A DNA stretch of 64,000 nt from Monocercomonoides exilis PA203 (taxonomy: Eukaryota > Protista > Preaxostyla), in the NCBI GenBank assembly GCA_001643675.2, contig LSRY02000003.1:310001-374000 (forward strand), read 5' to 3'. Positions 24,041 through 38,100 of this stretch are shown here, piece by piece. Position numbers and translations under genes: made by a program. The stretch's first letter is position 1; each line of letters begins with the position of its first letter. The notes below the pieces were generated by a model that was not told where the DNA came from, did no database searches, and saw nothing but the letters and a program-made list of their open reading frames with translations.

Positions 24041-25331
24041 AATGTTGAGATGCTTGCTTTCTGACTATTGCATGTACACCTTCCTAAATACTTCTTCTCT
24101 GGAGTTCCACCAGCCAGTTGCCTTGTTCCAATCATTCGCTGAACATAGAGATGGAAAAGTTGAAGTGTCATTGAGAACAAATTACGCAGGAAATCACTCT
24201 GAGGTTGTCATTTTCAAGGAAAATAATTAAAGATATTGTTTTCATTTTTCAAATATTTATTTTCTCTAATTTATGAAATTATTAAACAAAAAAGAAAACC
24301 CAAAAAAAGATTTGTGATATGCACAGTTGTAAGTTTACTGATTCGTTATGTTTGCCTTTTTTTTACATTTCTTCTTGTTGAAATGAGCAAGATACTTTTT
24401 TCAAAATAATAACTAATAGTCAAAAAAGAAAAAATATGAAACACAAAAAAGAATATTTTCTATAATCTTCCGGTCTCCCAAAGTCGTGGATGAAATTTTC
24501 AACCATGCAACTTTAAAGCTTTGTTCGGTTTAAAGGTTTATTATTTTTTTGGATTGGTTTGAGAAGAAGATAATTACAAAATCGGAAAAATCAGCATGCT
24601 ATCAAAATATGAAACAGTTTGATAAGAAATAACAGTCTTTCAAAATGGCAACGCAAAAAAATAAAGCCCCACGAAAAAAGTATTTAAGGAAGTGACGATA
24701 AATACAAAGAAAAAATTCATTTAAGACTATGCATATATCAAAAATTTCGTTGACAAAATTAAACCTTCAATTGAACGGGCTGATCCAAGAAACTTCTTTT
24801 TTTATTGAACATCTTTTCTTTAAAATCAGTCATACTTTAAATCCAAACAACGTTTCATTCGAAAGAAGTGGTTAAGACCAACAGATGCAAAAATCAATGA
24901 ATATTTACGATTAGTCTTCATCCTTCAGCTGTAACAGTTATTGAAATACACAATAATTAGAAAAAATTTGACATATTTAATAACTCAAACATTCCCTAAT
25001 TTTTTTCTTTTTTCAAATGAGAATTCTTGATTTTGATCATAGTTGTTTTTTATCAAAAACATTATATGCATGGAAAACCAATTCATCAGCTAGCTGTTTT
25101 ATTTTCAAATTATCACTTATAATTTTCAAAATTGATTTTTCAAAAAAAAACTTAAAAAGATATCAATTATTCTCTTGAAGTGAATGTGAGACAATCAAAC
25201 ATTATAAAATAGTTGATAATACTGCATATATCATCTCAGAATTTGGTTATCAGCTTTGTTATGAAACAAAAATCCATCATCGAAATTTTCATTTGAAATT
25301 TTATCATTTCAAAAATAATCACCCAAATATT

Positions 25332-26160
25332 CACCAAAAATAATACTAATTCGAAAAATAATAATTCATTTTCGAAAAAAAATAATTCAAAATCGAAAAT
25401 AAATTATTCGAATTAATAAATTAATAATTCAATTTCGTAATTTATTAACTCGATTTCGTAAAAGAATTAATCAATTTCGAAAATGAACATTTTTTTTATT
25501 TGCGGAATGAATAACTTGTGTTTGGGGTTTTTAATTCTATTAATTTGTATTTCATCAGTTCACTTAGTTTATCTATATTTGAAAAATGATGCATTTTCAT
25601 TGAAAAAAATTCATTCATTTTGTATGTCTTTTTCTTTAATTAAAGTATTTCAAAAAGAAAATGTATTCATTTTCGTGTAAAATATTAATGTTTTTCTATT
25701 TTTTCATCAAAGAATCTTAAAAATATAATTGGAAAAAAAATTCTTGTTTTTTGTTATTCAATAAATTGTGAATGATTATTTGCAATTTTTAATTGGTTAT
25801 TCAATAGAATGAATTTTTTAATTTATTTTTATCTTTTGAGTGATGTTTTTCGAAAATGAAAAAAATATTCAAAAAATTGATTTATTGATTGTTTCATTTT
25901 TTAAAAAACAGTTTTCTTTGAGTAATAATATTTGATTGGTCAAAAAATAACTTGAAATTTTCTGAAATCCATTCTCGAGAAAATTTTAAAATTTCACTTA
26001 ATAATGAATTTCGAAATTGAAATATTATTTTTCGAAATTGGTTTATTCTTTTTCGAAATCGAATTAATAAATTACGAAATTGAATTATTAATTTTCGAAT
26101 TCGAATTATTCTTTTTCGAAAATGAATTTTTTATTTTTCAAATTAGAATTATTTTTGGTG
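25332..26160 (-). mobile_element. MITE family A copy 2 with 21-bp subterminal tandem repeats
   Basis: TIR CACCAAAAATAATACTAATTCGAAAAATAA ... TTATTTTTCAAATTAGAATTATTTTTGGTG. TTCGAAA-centred 21-bp units occur at both ends. Confidence 0.85.
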
Positions 26161-26440
26161 TGTCATACAAAAAAAATAATATTGATAATTAACAAATGAG
26201 AAAAACAAGGACTTATGCAATTATTTTTGAAGTTCTTTATCATAACAAAAACTTCCGTTTGAAAAAAAATGTTATTTATTTATGTTGATGAACCCAGAAA
26301 AGTTATGACTCCAACTCTAAACATCTCTGTATTTCTTTTTCATCAACCATTAGCTTTTGAAACGATTGAAAAACATTTTTTATTTGAATGAAAATTATTT
26401 GGCAAACGATAATGAATTTTCAAAATCAACAATACTCAAA

Positions 26441-26471
26441 AAAAAAGTTATGATTTCAAAAATTATCACCC
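26441..26471. mobile_element. Orphan right end of the GGGTGA-terminus (Sola2-like) family
   Basis: AAAAAAGTTATGATTTCAAAAATTATCACCC closely matches the end at 12004-12034. Confidence 0.6.
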
Positions 26472-26790
26472 ATTTGTTAAATGGGTAATTGATATGGGTG
26501 AAAAAATGCATTTTGTTATTGGATAATTTCTCATTCAAATGTGAAAGAGATATTACACCACTTCGTAATTCACAGTCAGTTTTGCGACAATATGCATATA
26601 TACATGAGAAAATTCATATGAATTTTGAAAAAAACAATTCAATGGAACATAAATGTGGGATATTGTGTTAATTTTTAATAATTGAAGCCTCGATAAAAAA
26701 CGGTTAAGATACAAAATAGTAACCCAACCTTTGTAAAGAATAAAAGATGAAATAAAGCTCATGAAATGAAATAGAAGTGATAATAAAAGA

Positions 26791-27919
26791 TTAAAGCTGA
26801 AGCTTAATTACAGGCCCCTTTGAAACATCATTAGTCTTTTGAGATACAAATGTAATTCCATCTTTTGAAGAAGCTGATGCTTGTGAAGATGGATTTGAAG
26901 AAGCTGTTAACGATGAAGAGGAAGTTGAAGCTTCAGATTTAGGAAGTGGAGGGGGAATTGGAAGAGGAGGAGGCATTGATCCCTCAGAAACCATTCTGTG
27001 CATCATGCAAAACCTTTGGTGTCTGGGCCAATCAATTCGTTGACATTCTTATAAATAGAAAATTTTTATAAAATTGAATCAAACAAAGCATTCACAAATA
27101 ATTCTCTGGCCAAAATAAGATCAAACCCTTTGAACAATATAAAACTAATTTACATGCAGTACAACGTGAAAATGTTGTTTCAGTGGAGTTAAGTTGATTT
27201 TTATCACATCTCACATTTGAACAAGAACATCCAAATGGAAGAAGTGCTTCTGACTGAGAAGACATTCTCTCTGGGAAAGAATTTGTAACAACAACAGGCC
27301 TAGAAGCAGTGGGATAAAATCTAGATAATTGTTTAACTTGCTCCATAGCTGGTTGAAGATATTGAAGTGTTGGAGGAAGAGATTCTTTTTCGGAATCACC
27401 TTTGCTTTTGCCAGACTTCCCAAGATCATGGGGAATTGGAATGTTAAAATACAAAATAAATTCCATATCTGCTGCTGAATATATAAAAGTTAGAAATGGA
27501 TGAAGGTGTGTTGTAACAACCATCAATTGGTCTTCAAAAAGTTGTTGTTCTAAAGATGGACATTCATCAAGTGGAAGTTCCATAAAGTCAACTGGATTTG
27601 TTGCAAAATCTGTTGCAATTTTATACAATTCTCGTAAATGCAACGATGAACGTAATATAAAAACTGGATCTCCAGTTTTCATTGATAAAGCTTTCCGATG
27701 AGCTTGTATTTGCATGGAAAAAATTTGCATCTCTTCAGCTATTTCTGTTGAATTGGAACTTTTGACATCAGTTGGGAAAATATGAAAATTTTGATCCTCA
27801 CTGTAAATTCTGTCTCTTTGAATACCAGCCAACGATTCATCAAAATCTTTCGGTTTCTTGAAATTGCCATATCGTCCAATTGGTCTTCCAAGCTTGTTTT
27901 GTTCTTCTTTAGTTGCCAT
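26791..27919 (-). CDS. MYND-type zinc-finger protein (2 exons)
   Basis: Removing a GT-AG intron at 27048-27126 joins 'CSNVRC...FSRCTACKLVLYCSK' to 'ECQRIDWPRHQRFC', giving a complete MYND signature. Confidence 0.88.
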
Positions 27920-27999
27920 TTATTTTATTCAATATGAGATTCTAAAATATCAAATCAATAATCTTCAATATCAATAATTTTTTATGATCTTATCCCAAA

Positions 28000-28936
28000 A
28001 TGAAGACTCCATTTTCTTTGACATATGTTCTTTACGACAAAGGGAGCATAATTTCTTGGTTTCTTGCCTTGTTGTCGTTAGCACCTGATTTTATAATGGC
28101 CGTATATGCATCTTTTATTGTTTTCGAAGGAAGTGCCAAGAGAATTTCAGTTAGAAAATAATTGCTTTGAAATTCGAATTCTTAAACTTGTTTTCTTTTC
28201 AACTGACCATATTATGATTTTTATTTGTTTTTAAGAATATATGGATTTGCTTAGGGATGCTGTTCAACACAGCAATTAATTTAGTTTTGAAGGAATTTTT
28301 CTGCCAACGTTTGCTTTTAAGGTTCAAAAGGAATAATAATAATTTTTTTTCAAAAAAACATTTCAGCCCGTCCTTCAACTCTAGAAGGGCTTCCTTTCAT
28401 CGAATTAGATCCTTGTGGAGGATTTCCTTCTGATCATTGTTTGATACTTTTTTCTTCCTATTTTTCAAAAACATCGATAAAAATTTTAATTTTATATTAA
28501 ATCAGCACAATTTATATCGTTCTTTGGAGTTCTATTTCCTTATTGGCTGAGGTGCATTTCTTTTTTCTTTTCTTTAAGATCAAACTTTTTTTGTATAGAA
28601 ATAGGAAAGAAGATCTTATTCCATTCACATATTACATATTTCTCCTAGGAATACCATGTGGCTGCATAATTGTAGCTTTGTCAAGGTATAATATTGTTTA
28701 TTCAAACGTATTTTTGTCAACGGATAGTTAATTTGTTGTTTATGAAAAACATTAAAATTATTAGAGTCATTCTTGGATACCATACACTCAAACAAGTTAC
28801 TAGTGGGTATGCCATTGGAACATTTGTTGGATGCATTTATTTGTTTTCAACAAAAAATGCTTTGAAGAAATACACCAATAATTACTTGAAAAAATCGAAT
28901 AAACCAGAGAAATCCAAGCAAAAGCAAGGAAAATAA
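28000..28936 (+). CDS. DOLPP1: PAP2-family dolichyl-diphosphatase (DOLPP1/Cax4-like), multi-exon
   Basis: Starts MKTPFSLTYVLYDKG..LALLSLAP. Spliced exons give the PAP2 motifs 'LKEFFCQPRP', 'GFPSDH' and 'SRVILGYHTLKQV'. Several hydrophobic segments. Confidence 0.82.
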
Positions 28937-29159
28937 AAATTTACCTTTCTTTCTTTCTCTATTTTGCGTACATATGCGTTTTGAATTGTCATTGCATTTT
29001 TAAGTTGTGTGGAAATTGATAAATTTTTAAATAACTTTTCATAATCAAATTTAAGAAATAGTATAAAATGCATGCTGGATGTTGTCTGTTAATTATCTTT
29101 GATGACCAAATGAAATAAAACATGAAAGAAAAATTTTTTATTTAGAAAAAAATCTTTAA

Positions 29160-32100
29160 ATGTTTTCTTATGTAATGAGATCAAACAAAATGACTGATTC
29201 TCGAGATTTCAATGTGTTTTCAAATTACAAGCCCATTAACGTTGATAATGAGCCTCTTTTTATAACTTCTTCCGAGAATGTCGTCATTGTTGCAACGAAT
29301 ATTGGTGCGCTTATTAAAAAATATATATTTTTTCTTTTGACAATTATATTTAAATTAAATATACATAAAATTTGAAATTTTTATTTTTAACTTTCACTGA
29401 TTAACAATCACAATTAATAAAGGACTGATCCGTTTGTTTCTTGATGAAGAAGAGAGCACACCAATTTATTCATTCTCAACTGTCGACACAAACATTTGTT
29501 CACTTCAATTTATTGACAGGATTCAATGGTTTAATATATCTTATATCTTGACTTTTTTTTTTTTATTTATTTTTGGCTATATTTTGGGTTTGAAATTAAG
29601 TTTGGCTACTGTTGAACGCTCCTCTGCTCATCCTCGCCCAAAGCTACGCTTGTACTATTGGAATCCTTTTCCTATTGATAATAAGCCAGTCGATGCACAG
29701 GGGATATTTAATCCATCGGCTCATAAATTTGAAGTTAAAGTATATATTTATAGTTTTTATTTGTTTTCAATATTATTTCTTTTCAAAAAGCTTGTTTTCG
29801 AGTATATGCTAGAACAGAATACAATATCATGTACATTTTGTCCATTAACGTGCTTATGCGCTCTTTTGCAAAAATCAAAGATTACAGTCTTTGAATTGTT
29901 GCCAAACACGGACTTTGTCGAAATTCAACAACAAAGCATTTCTCAAACATTAAATGCTTCAACAATTAGTGGAGTTCAACAGCCGCCATCGTTAGATTTT
30001 TCGTCTCCATCAGAAATACAGCTCCATTCATATCATACGAAGGAAACTGAAAGAGGTAAACACTCATCTGCAGAGCATCTTCAGTCAGACTCTTCCACAG
30101 CACAGTCAGTGCTTGCGACCTGCGATCCTTTTCCTCTCAAGATGAATAAGCTCTTTATCATCGATTTGGGCTTCCCTTATTCTCCGCTCGTACCGCAGCA
30201 GCACGCCGATGCAAATGCTTCACAGCTGCCTTCAAGGGACTTTATTGGCAAAAGTTCTGATGCTTCCTTCATATCAGATATGTATCCACCGATGTATCCA
30301 CCCACAACCTGTCGCTTTTCGTTTCTCTTTCCGTACATTTCTTATGTTTCCACTCGGCTTATTTCTTCTACACCCTCACAAACATCTCAATCATCAATAT
30401 CTTCTACTTCCTCTTCTTCTTCGTCATCTGAGTCCACTCTCAACAGGCCTTCCTCTTCTTCGTGCACTTGCCTGCCTGGAGACGAGCAAGCGCGTGTTCT
30501 TCGAGTGAATCTCTGGACAGACAGAGCTATCCATCTGCACAAACAGGCGGCAGAACGAGTCAGACTTCGTTTGGAAAGCGGAAAAAGCGACAAACACAGA
30601 AGCAATGGGAATTGTGATGAAGGTGAATGGAAGGAAAGTGAAGGCACAAAGGATAATGAGTGGAACAATCATCAGCCACTGAACAAAGAAGAAGGCGCTG
30701 TTGCATCAGATATGCAGAAGACAGATGGAAATGCAGAGGCATTTTCTGAATCTGCACAAAATGTGGGTAACTTTGCGAAGAATATGCAGAAAGACTTTGA
30801 TGATTCAATGAAAACGCTCATGAGAAAGATGAAGATGACTGAAGACAAAAGAACGCAGTCAACGAAAGGCAGACAAAATGGCAATTGTTCTGATTTAACC
30901 AATGCGAAGCTCATATCCAAACAGGAAATAGTTACTGATCGTTCGAATAACACTTCATCCACACATATGCATTCATCTGATGTTAATAAAGATTCATCGA
31001 CTGTTACAAATGAAGAAATAAGCCATCAGTCAAATTTAAGCAGCCCTCATCTTGATTCACTCGAAGAAAAGGCACAAAATACAGAAAATGATCTTTCCAA
31101 AAGCGAAGAAGACAAACTCTGTTTAAAAAGCAGCGAAACATCAGAAGACACAGAAGACATAGAAAATGAACGTGACCATTTTATTGATCATTATTTCAAA
31201 GAAGAAGCGCCTTTTCCTTTGTTACCTGTGCATTCTGGGCCTTCTCTCTATTTGAAGCACAGAGAATCGCTGCTCCACCCATCTGACACTGCTGCTTCAC
31301 GAAACTTCTCCTCTTTCTCGTCTTTTTCTCTTTCTTCTTCTTCATCCTCTTCTTCTTTCACTGATTCATCTCTTTCTTCTCTATCGTCTTCTTCCTCTTC
31401 CTCCTCCTCCTCTTCTTCTTCAGTGAGTTCAGTTTCCTCTGCCATTTCATCCTATTCAGAATCTTCTGCTTTGTCATTTCCTTCCTTTTTTCTGTCTAAC
31501 CCTTCATTCACATACATCCCTGGCTTATTCATTGAGCTGTGCAACAGGCAGAAAAGCCAAATTAACCCAAACAATAACAAATTGAATCATTTCTCCTCTA
31601 AAAATACTTTTAGCTCATTCACAGGCGTCCAATCAGGCAAAGACGGATGCCTAGACACACCACAACAAACCACCGCTGCTGAGATAAGCTCTTTCTCTTC
31701 TTCTCCTTCTGATTCTTCTTTTGCTTCGTCTTTCATTACGCCTCTGCCTTCATCTGTTGCATCATCTTCATCTTCATTTTCTTCCTCCTCCTCTTCTTCT
31801 CCACTCAGAACACTCAATTCATCCACACACATTCATTCTTCTTCTTCTTCTTATTCTTCTTCTTCTCCTCTTCCGCCAGTCGAACAATCGCTCTTCATCT
31901 TCAATTCTTCTGGTGAGCTTGTCACTCCAATCGACACAGGACCAACTTTTGATGAGGAAAAAATGACTGAAAAAAGATATTTTGCAAGCCAAAAGACAGA
32001 AAATGAGCTGTTTTCTGCAAAAAATCAGGAAAATGATTGGCAGAAAGCAAAGATTGGAAGCAAAAACAGCAGAGGAAGCGAATTTCAAAAGGGGTTTGCC

Positions 32101-35100
32101 ATCAAAAACCCTTTGCTTTCGCCTATTCCTCGTGCAAATCCAAAGATTTCATCAACTTCGTCAACATCTTCTCTTTCTTCTTCTCTCTCTTCATTATCAT
32201 CGTTGCCTTCATCATCATCATCTTCTTCTTCCACTCCTTCTTCTCTTTTCCCTTCCCATCCAACAAACACTCTTTTCCCCAGCCATTTCAACGAGAAAGC
32301 CAAACTTGCTCTTTTATCACGCTGCTTCCAGACAAACGAGGCACTTTATGCTTCCATCTCCCACCTTCCCCCTCTCCTCGGCGCGTATGTGGAAGAAATC
32401 GCTTGCATCCCGTCTCATTTCCTCTTCTCCCTGTTGGAGTCTTCTTCTCTTCCTGTTCCTGCTACTCTTCCAAATACTTCTTTCTCTTCTTCTTCTTCTT
32501 CTTCTTCCTCTTCCTCTTCTTCTTCTCTGCCTTTGCCTCTGCCTCGTGTGGAGAACAGCAGAAGAAACCCGTCTGCCCTCCACCAGAACTTAAGCGCTTC
32601 TCTCTCTCACTCCTTCCTCCCTTCTTCTTCCATCTCATCATCAACATCATCATCTTCTTCTTCTTCATCAGAATTCCCATTCTCTGCTCTTTCGCCTTCT
32701 TTCACCTCTTCCTCTTCTCGTCTGCACCCGCCTCATTCAATCATGCATCTTCAATTGTTCACTTTTCAATCACTTCATCGCTCTTATCGCAATTCTTTTC
32801 CTTATTCTCTAAAAAAGAAGAGAAAAACATCAAAAACAGGAAGTGAAGAGAAAGACGAGTTTGGAGAAAGCGAAGATGAAGATAGTTTGCTTGTGAATGA
32901 ATGCTTTGCGAATCAAACAGAAGAAATTGACTGGAATGCTGTTGATAAGATTGTCCATATGCTGCAATACAAACAAAACACACAAAACACAAAATATTCA
33001 TTTTCCGATGCAAATCTTGTCAATTTCAAAGAAAACTCCATTTTCACTCATCCTTTCATTCTCCTCTCCTCATCCGCTCAATGCTTCATCATCGATGCCA
33101 CAAATGGCTGCCTTGTTTCTCATCTTTCCTTTTCAGAGCCTGTCATTTCACTTTGCTTATCTCCTACCCTGCTGCTTGCTTTAACAGCTACTCACCGTGT
33201 TCTGAGCTATGCGCTGGCTGTGGAAGAGAAAGGAAGAGGAAAATTAGATGGAGGTTTGGATGATAGATGGAGAGGGGATAATGTGAATGGAGAGAGGAAT
33301 GATGTGAATTTGAGACTTTTGTTGAGGAAAGAAGGAGAATGGAGATGCAACTTGAAAGGAGAAAAAATGTTTTGTGGAAAAAGTGTTGAAGATGAGGATG
33401 ATGAGGATGAAGAAGAGGCTGACAGCAGCTTTGAAGAAGAAGTGGCAACCGAACTAGCAACATTTGAGGCAAAAGAAAGCGAAGACAATGTTGAAGAGTT
33501 TGTTGCACCTTCATCCAGATGCGAAGCAGAACAACGTGGAGAGAAAGGAGTTGAAGGAAATAGCAATAGAATTGAAGAAGCGCCTGAGCCATTGATTGCA
33601 GATGAGGAATCTTCAAATAAAAACAAAAGTGAATATGGAAATGATGGAATATCAGATAATATGGTGAATGTGAAAGAAGCAGATGAAATGAATCATTTGC
33701 TGGATGATACACAGAAATCAACAAAAAGAGGAAATGACAACAACTCACCCGACAGAATAGAAGATGATGTAGAAGAAGAGGAAGAGGAAATATATCCGCT
33801 TGCCTCCATCAATGCAAACAAAACATCAGTTCTGTTTTCTTCTCTGTTTGCCAAGGCTTCTTCTCCTCCTTCCTTTTTTGTTGAAGAAGAACCTCAAATA
33901 CGGAATGAATCACAAAACCACGAAAGATCCTTGAAAAATGAAAAATCAATGAATTCCTCCTTTTCTTCTTCCCTTTCTGCTTTTTCTTCTTTTCTCAGCT
34001 TCTTCTTCACTTCTCTTGTTGATGGACGAATTGGCCACCCTCGCTTCTTATCCTCTTCTCTTCCTCCTTCCCTTCTCAACCAGCTTTCTCTTACAACTGC
34101 TCCTTCTCTTCTTTCTCAAGTGAATTCTTCCTCCTCTTCCTCTTCTCTTTCTTCTCCTGTTGTCTTTCCTTCATCCAGGCACAATCTTTCTTTCCTTTCT
34201 GATTCGCTTCTTCTGTCTGCTCAGCACAATTCTTTGACTTTCCTCACAAACATCAGCTCTTCCCCTCAAAAATCACACAGCTCTTTCTCTTTTCCCAATG
34301 CAGATGTTAACAAAAACATAAACACAAACTCACTTCCATGCTTTAACCGATCTAATCCAGATAACTTTTCCCCTTCTTCTCCATTCTTCCCTCTTCTCCA
34401 CTCCTGCTCTTCCTCTCTGCCTTTTGCCCTTTCTTCTCGGAATCTGTTCAATGCGTCGCCAAGATTGAGATTGTTTGCTCCTTCTCTTCCAAGAGACATT
34501 TTCTATCTCTTTCAGGAAAAGAAGAAGGAGTGGAAGAAGAAGAAAGAGGAAATGAAGAAGAAGAAGGAAGAGGAGAAGCAAAGAAACAGATTGATCAGAA
34601 TGCAAAATAAAGCTAAGCAGAAAGCAAAGCAGAAAGCGAGGCTGCTAAAGAAGAGAAGAAGAGAAATTCAGATGTCTTCATCAACTTCTTCTTCTTCTTC
34701 TCGTTTTCAGTCATCTCAACAAGAAACATCAAAACTTCGGATGCAAAACACAAGACTCGACGGAAGCAAAGCTGGTGAGCTGATAAAAGGAGAAAGAGAA
34801 AGAACAAGAAACACGAGAAATGCAACAGCTGGCTCAGAAAGAAGAGATTTAATGAGCAAATCCTTTTCAGAAAGGAAAGAGATGGGGAATTTGAAAAGCA
34901 GCAGAGAAGGAAGAATTGTCGTTGACAACACAGACGATGAAGAGGAGATGGCAGAAAAAGGAATGATTTCAAGGAAAGGATTCAGAGAGAGGGAAGACAA
35001 TGAAGATAAAGAGTCAGATGAGGATGATGATGATTATGATGACGAGGAAACAGAAGAAGGAAAAGGAGAATTGGAAGATGATGAGATAGATGCAGAATTA

Positions 35101-38100
35101 ATTGATAACTTTGATCTTTCTATGCCTTCTTCATCTGCTTCAGCTTCATCCACTTTGAGGAGAAAGAGCAAAAACACAGCATTGTCCTCCATCTTCTCAT
35201 CTGTCTCTGCTGTCGCCTCAACAGACAGATTCAAGCCACTCCACAAAAGGCGATCTTCTGCTTCCTCTTCCTCCTCTTCTTCATCTTCATCATCATCATC
35301 TTCTTCTTCACAAAAGAAAACTCAACAGTATTCCACAGCAAGTGTGCTTCGTGCGCCAATGTCACCTGGTATAGGCAGCACAACTGGAAGAGCACAAGTC
35401 AGAAGTCGAAGCAAAAGCAGAAGCAAAAACAAAAATCGAAACAGAAGCAGAAGCAGAGGCAGCTCTGCATTCACTCTCGTTTCTGTCTCTGGCCCAGGCA
35501 TCGTCCCAAGACCAATAGCATCCCAGGCAAGAGACTCCAGAGCAAGCTCTCCTTCTCTTCCTCCTTATTCGTTTCCTCCTTCATCATCATCTTCTTCTTC
35601 TTCTTATTCTCCTTCTTCCTCTTCTTCTGTTTCTATTTCTGTTTCTTCTGATGACAATGCAGCAGACTCGTTTGTACTTCCTTCTGCTTTTATTCCGCAC
35701 AGATCTTCAATTGAGCCATCATCATCATCAACTTCTTCCTCTTCCTCATCCTCTTCTTCCATTTCATCTTCATCTCTTCTTCTTCTCCAACAACAGAATC
35801 AGCAACAGCCAAACCAACAACCCTCACAGATATATTCCTTTACCCAATTCCCATCCAATGAACAGGCAGACTCACAAGACACACTCCATTCTCTTCCCAT
35901 CCCTCCTCCTCCACACACCCTCCCTTGTTCTCCTTCTATCATGTATTCATCTGCTAAGTCTTCTTCCACCACCAGCCAGCCACAATCACCTAATCTTACT
36001 CTTTCTCCCGTTTCTGCATCATCTCCTTCGTTTCCTCCTTCTGCTTCTCCTTCCTCTCCTTCTTCACCTTCTTCTCTTTCTTCCCCACCTCTTGTCAAAT
36101 CCACCCCTATTGAATCAACTCAAATAAAAACACATTCATTTCCTTCCTCCTCCTCTTCTTCTTCTCAACAACAAGAACAACCCCAAACTGATCTTCAAAC
36201 ACCTCCTTCTTCATTCCGTCGCAGTTCCACTGCAAAATTGTCTTCTGCCTCTTCTTCAGCCTCTTCTTGTGCTTCTCCTTCGTCTGATTCTGTTCTCATG
36301 TCCCCCACTCTTTCTATGCAGTCATCTCATTCCTCTTCTCCTTCTCCTTCATTTGTTCCTTTGTCTTCTTCTTCATCTTCTTCATCTTCCTCTTCCTCTT
36401 CCTCCTCATCTTCTTCTCCTTCCTCAGAAGATTTTCATTCGCCTTCCAACGAAATCTCACCAGCCAGATCACTCACTCCATTCACAATGATGGGCGTGGA
36501 CTTTGACGAGAGAGAAGAAGATGTGCTGGTGAAAAGCACAGAAAGAGAAGGAAATGAAAGAAGACAGAAGGGAAGAAGGAGAAGAAGGATGGGGAGGCAA
36601 AAAAGAGGAAGCAATAACAGTTCGAGTGATGGGAGGAATAGAGAAGAAGAAGAAGAAGAAGAATATAATGATGAAGGCAATGAAGAAGAAGAAGGGGAAG
36701 ACCATAATGTTGATGAAAGAGAGGAAGAAGATGAAGATGATGATGAAGAAAGAAGAGAAGCACGTGAACAAGAAGGAGAACAATATGAAGATGATCAGAA
36801 CGAAGAGAGGAATGAAGAAGAAGGGGCAGAAAATGATGGAATTGATGAAGAAGAATACGGATTTCTTGATGAAAGGCAGCTGATCATGGAACAAGAACAA
36901 GAAGGAAATGATGATGAAGAGGAAGAGGATGAAAGGAGATTTAGACAGCAAGAAGAAGGAGAAGGAGAAGATGGAGAAGAAGGAGGAGAGGAGAAGGAAA
37001 ATAGAATGGAAAGATCAGAACAACAAGATCAGCAGGAAGAAGAAGAAAGGGAAGGAGGAGAAGAAGGAGAAAGAGAAAACGCAAAATCGAATGATAATTC
37101 TTCTCAGTTCGGTTTCTCTTCTCCTTCCACTCGCCAGCAACAATCATCTTCTCTTCTCTCTTCTGTCCAAAGGCTTTCCTCTGCTTTCTCTTTCTCTCCT
37201 TTCGCTTCTTCTTCTTCTTCTTCACAGAAGAAAAGTGCAAAGCCAGTTTACGATGAGTTGGGCAATCTGATAGAAACTTCTCGTTTTGACAGGAAAAACA
37301 CGTTGACTTCAGAACTTCGCAAGTTTTGTGTGCCTTTTTCGCTCTCTTTGCAGTCTCTGTTTGAATCATTGGGAAGGCAGATCAGCAGAAATAACAGCAA
37401 CAATAGTGAAAGTGAACAAAGCGACCAAAGAAAGCTGGATTCATTGAATTCAATAAATCAGACTGAAAATAAGCTTCACAATGGATTTACTTCAAATAAC
37501 ACTGGAATAAACACTTATTCTTCTCCTTCTGACAATTCTTCTTCTCCCTTCTTGTTCGACTTCTTCCTCCTGTCCACTTCCAAAAACGAGTTTATTGATT
37601 CGTGTCTTGTTCTCTTTTCGCCTTCTTCTGCCCTCATCGTCTCCAAATGCTTCGACATGCCCAGCCCTTCGCCTCGTCTGAAGTCCATCACAAGCTCCTC
37701 TCTTTATCCTTCTTCATCAAACTCTTCTTCTTCTTCTTCCTCTTCTTCCTCTTCTCGAAGGCAGACAATCTCCACTGGCCGTACCCTTCGTGTCACTTCA
37801 AATCCTCCTCGTGCTCCCACATTCGGATTTCCCTCTTCTTCTTCTTCTTCTTCTCCTTCTCGCAATGGCAATCTCAACAGTAACAATTCTCGTCTTTCCA
37901 GCACATTCGCCTTTGTCAGCACAGCCACTCCGACAAAACCAGAACGCCCTGCTTGCATCGGATGGGGCGTCACCAGACTCACTCCAGTCGCTTTGTCCTT
38001 GTTGAATGTGTGCTTCTATTCAAAACTGGCTTCATCATCATCATCTTCTTCTTCTTCACCTTCTTCTTCCTCTTCCTCAGCTTTAACCGTATCTTCCATC

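Larger units (their letters stand above)
13140..25324 (-). mobile_element. 12.2-kb Sola2-like DNA transposon
   Basis: Perfect 19-bp TIRs GGGTGATTATTTTTGAAAT (13140-13158) and ATTTCAAAAATAATCACCC (25306-25324). AAAT is duplicated at 13136-13139 and 25325-25328. Contains a DDE/D transposase gene. GRG..CYC termini with a 4-bp TSD fit the Sola2 group. Confidence 0.82.

Noticed and set aside
25340-26160. Regularly spaced TTCGAAA repeats as a CRISPR-like array
   Set aside because: The units are degenerate tandem repeats with no unique spacers, lie inside MITE ends in eukaryotic DNA, and no cas genes are present.
11778-26471. A single outer 14.7-kb composite element
   Set aside because: The flanks ATAT/ATTT do not match exactly, and 11778 has a nearer partner end at 12034. 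It cannot be excluded but is not supported.
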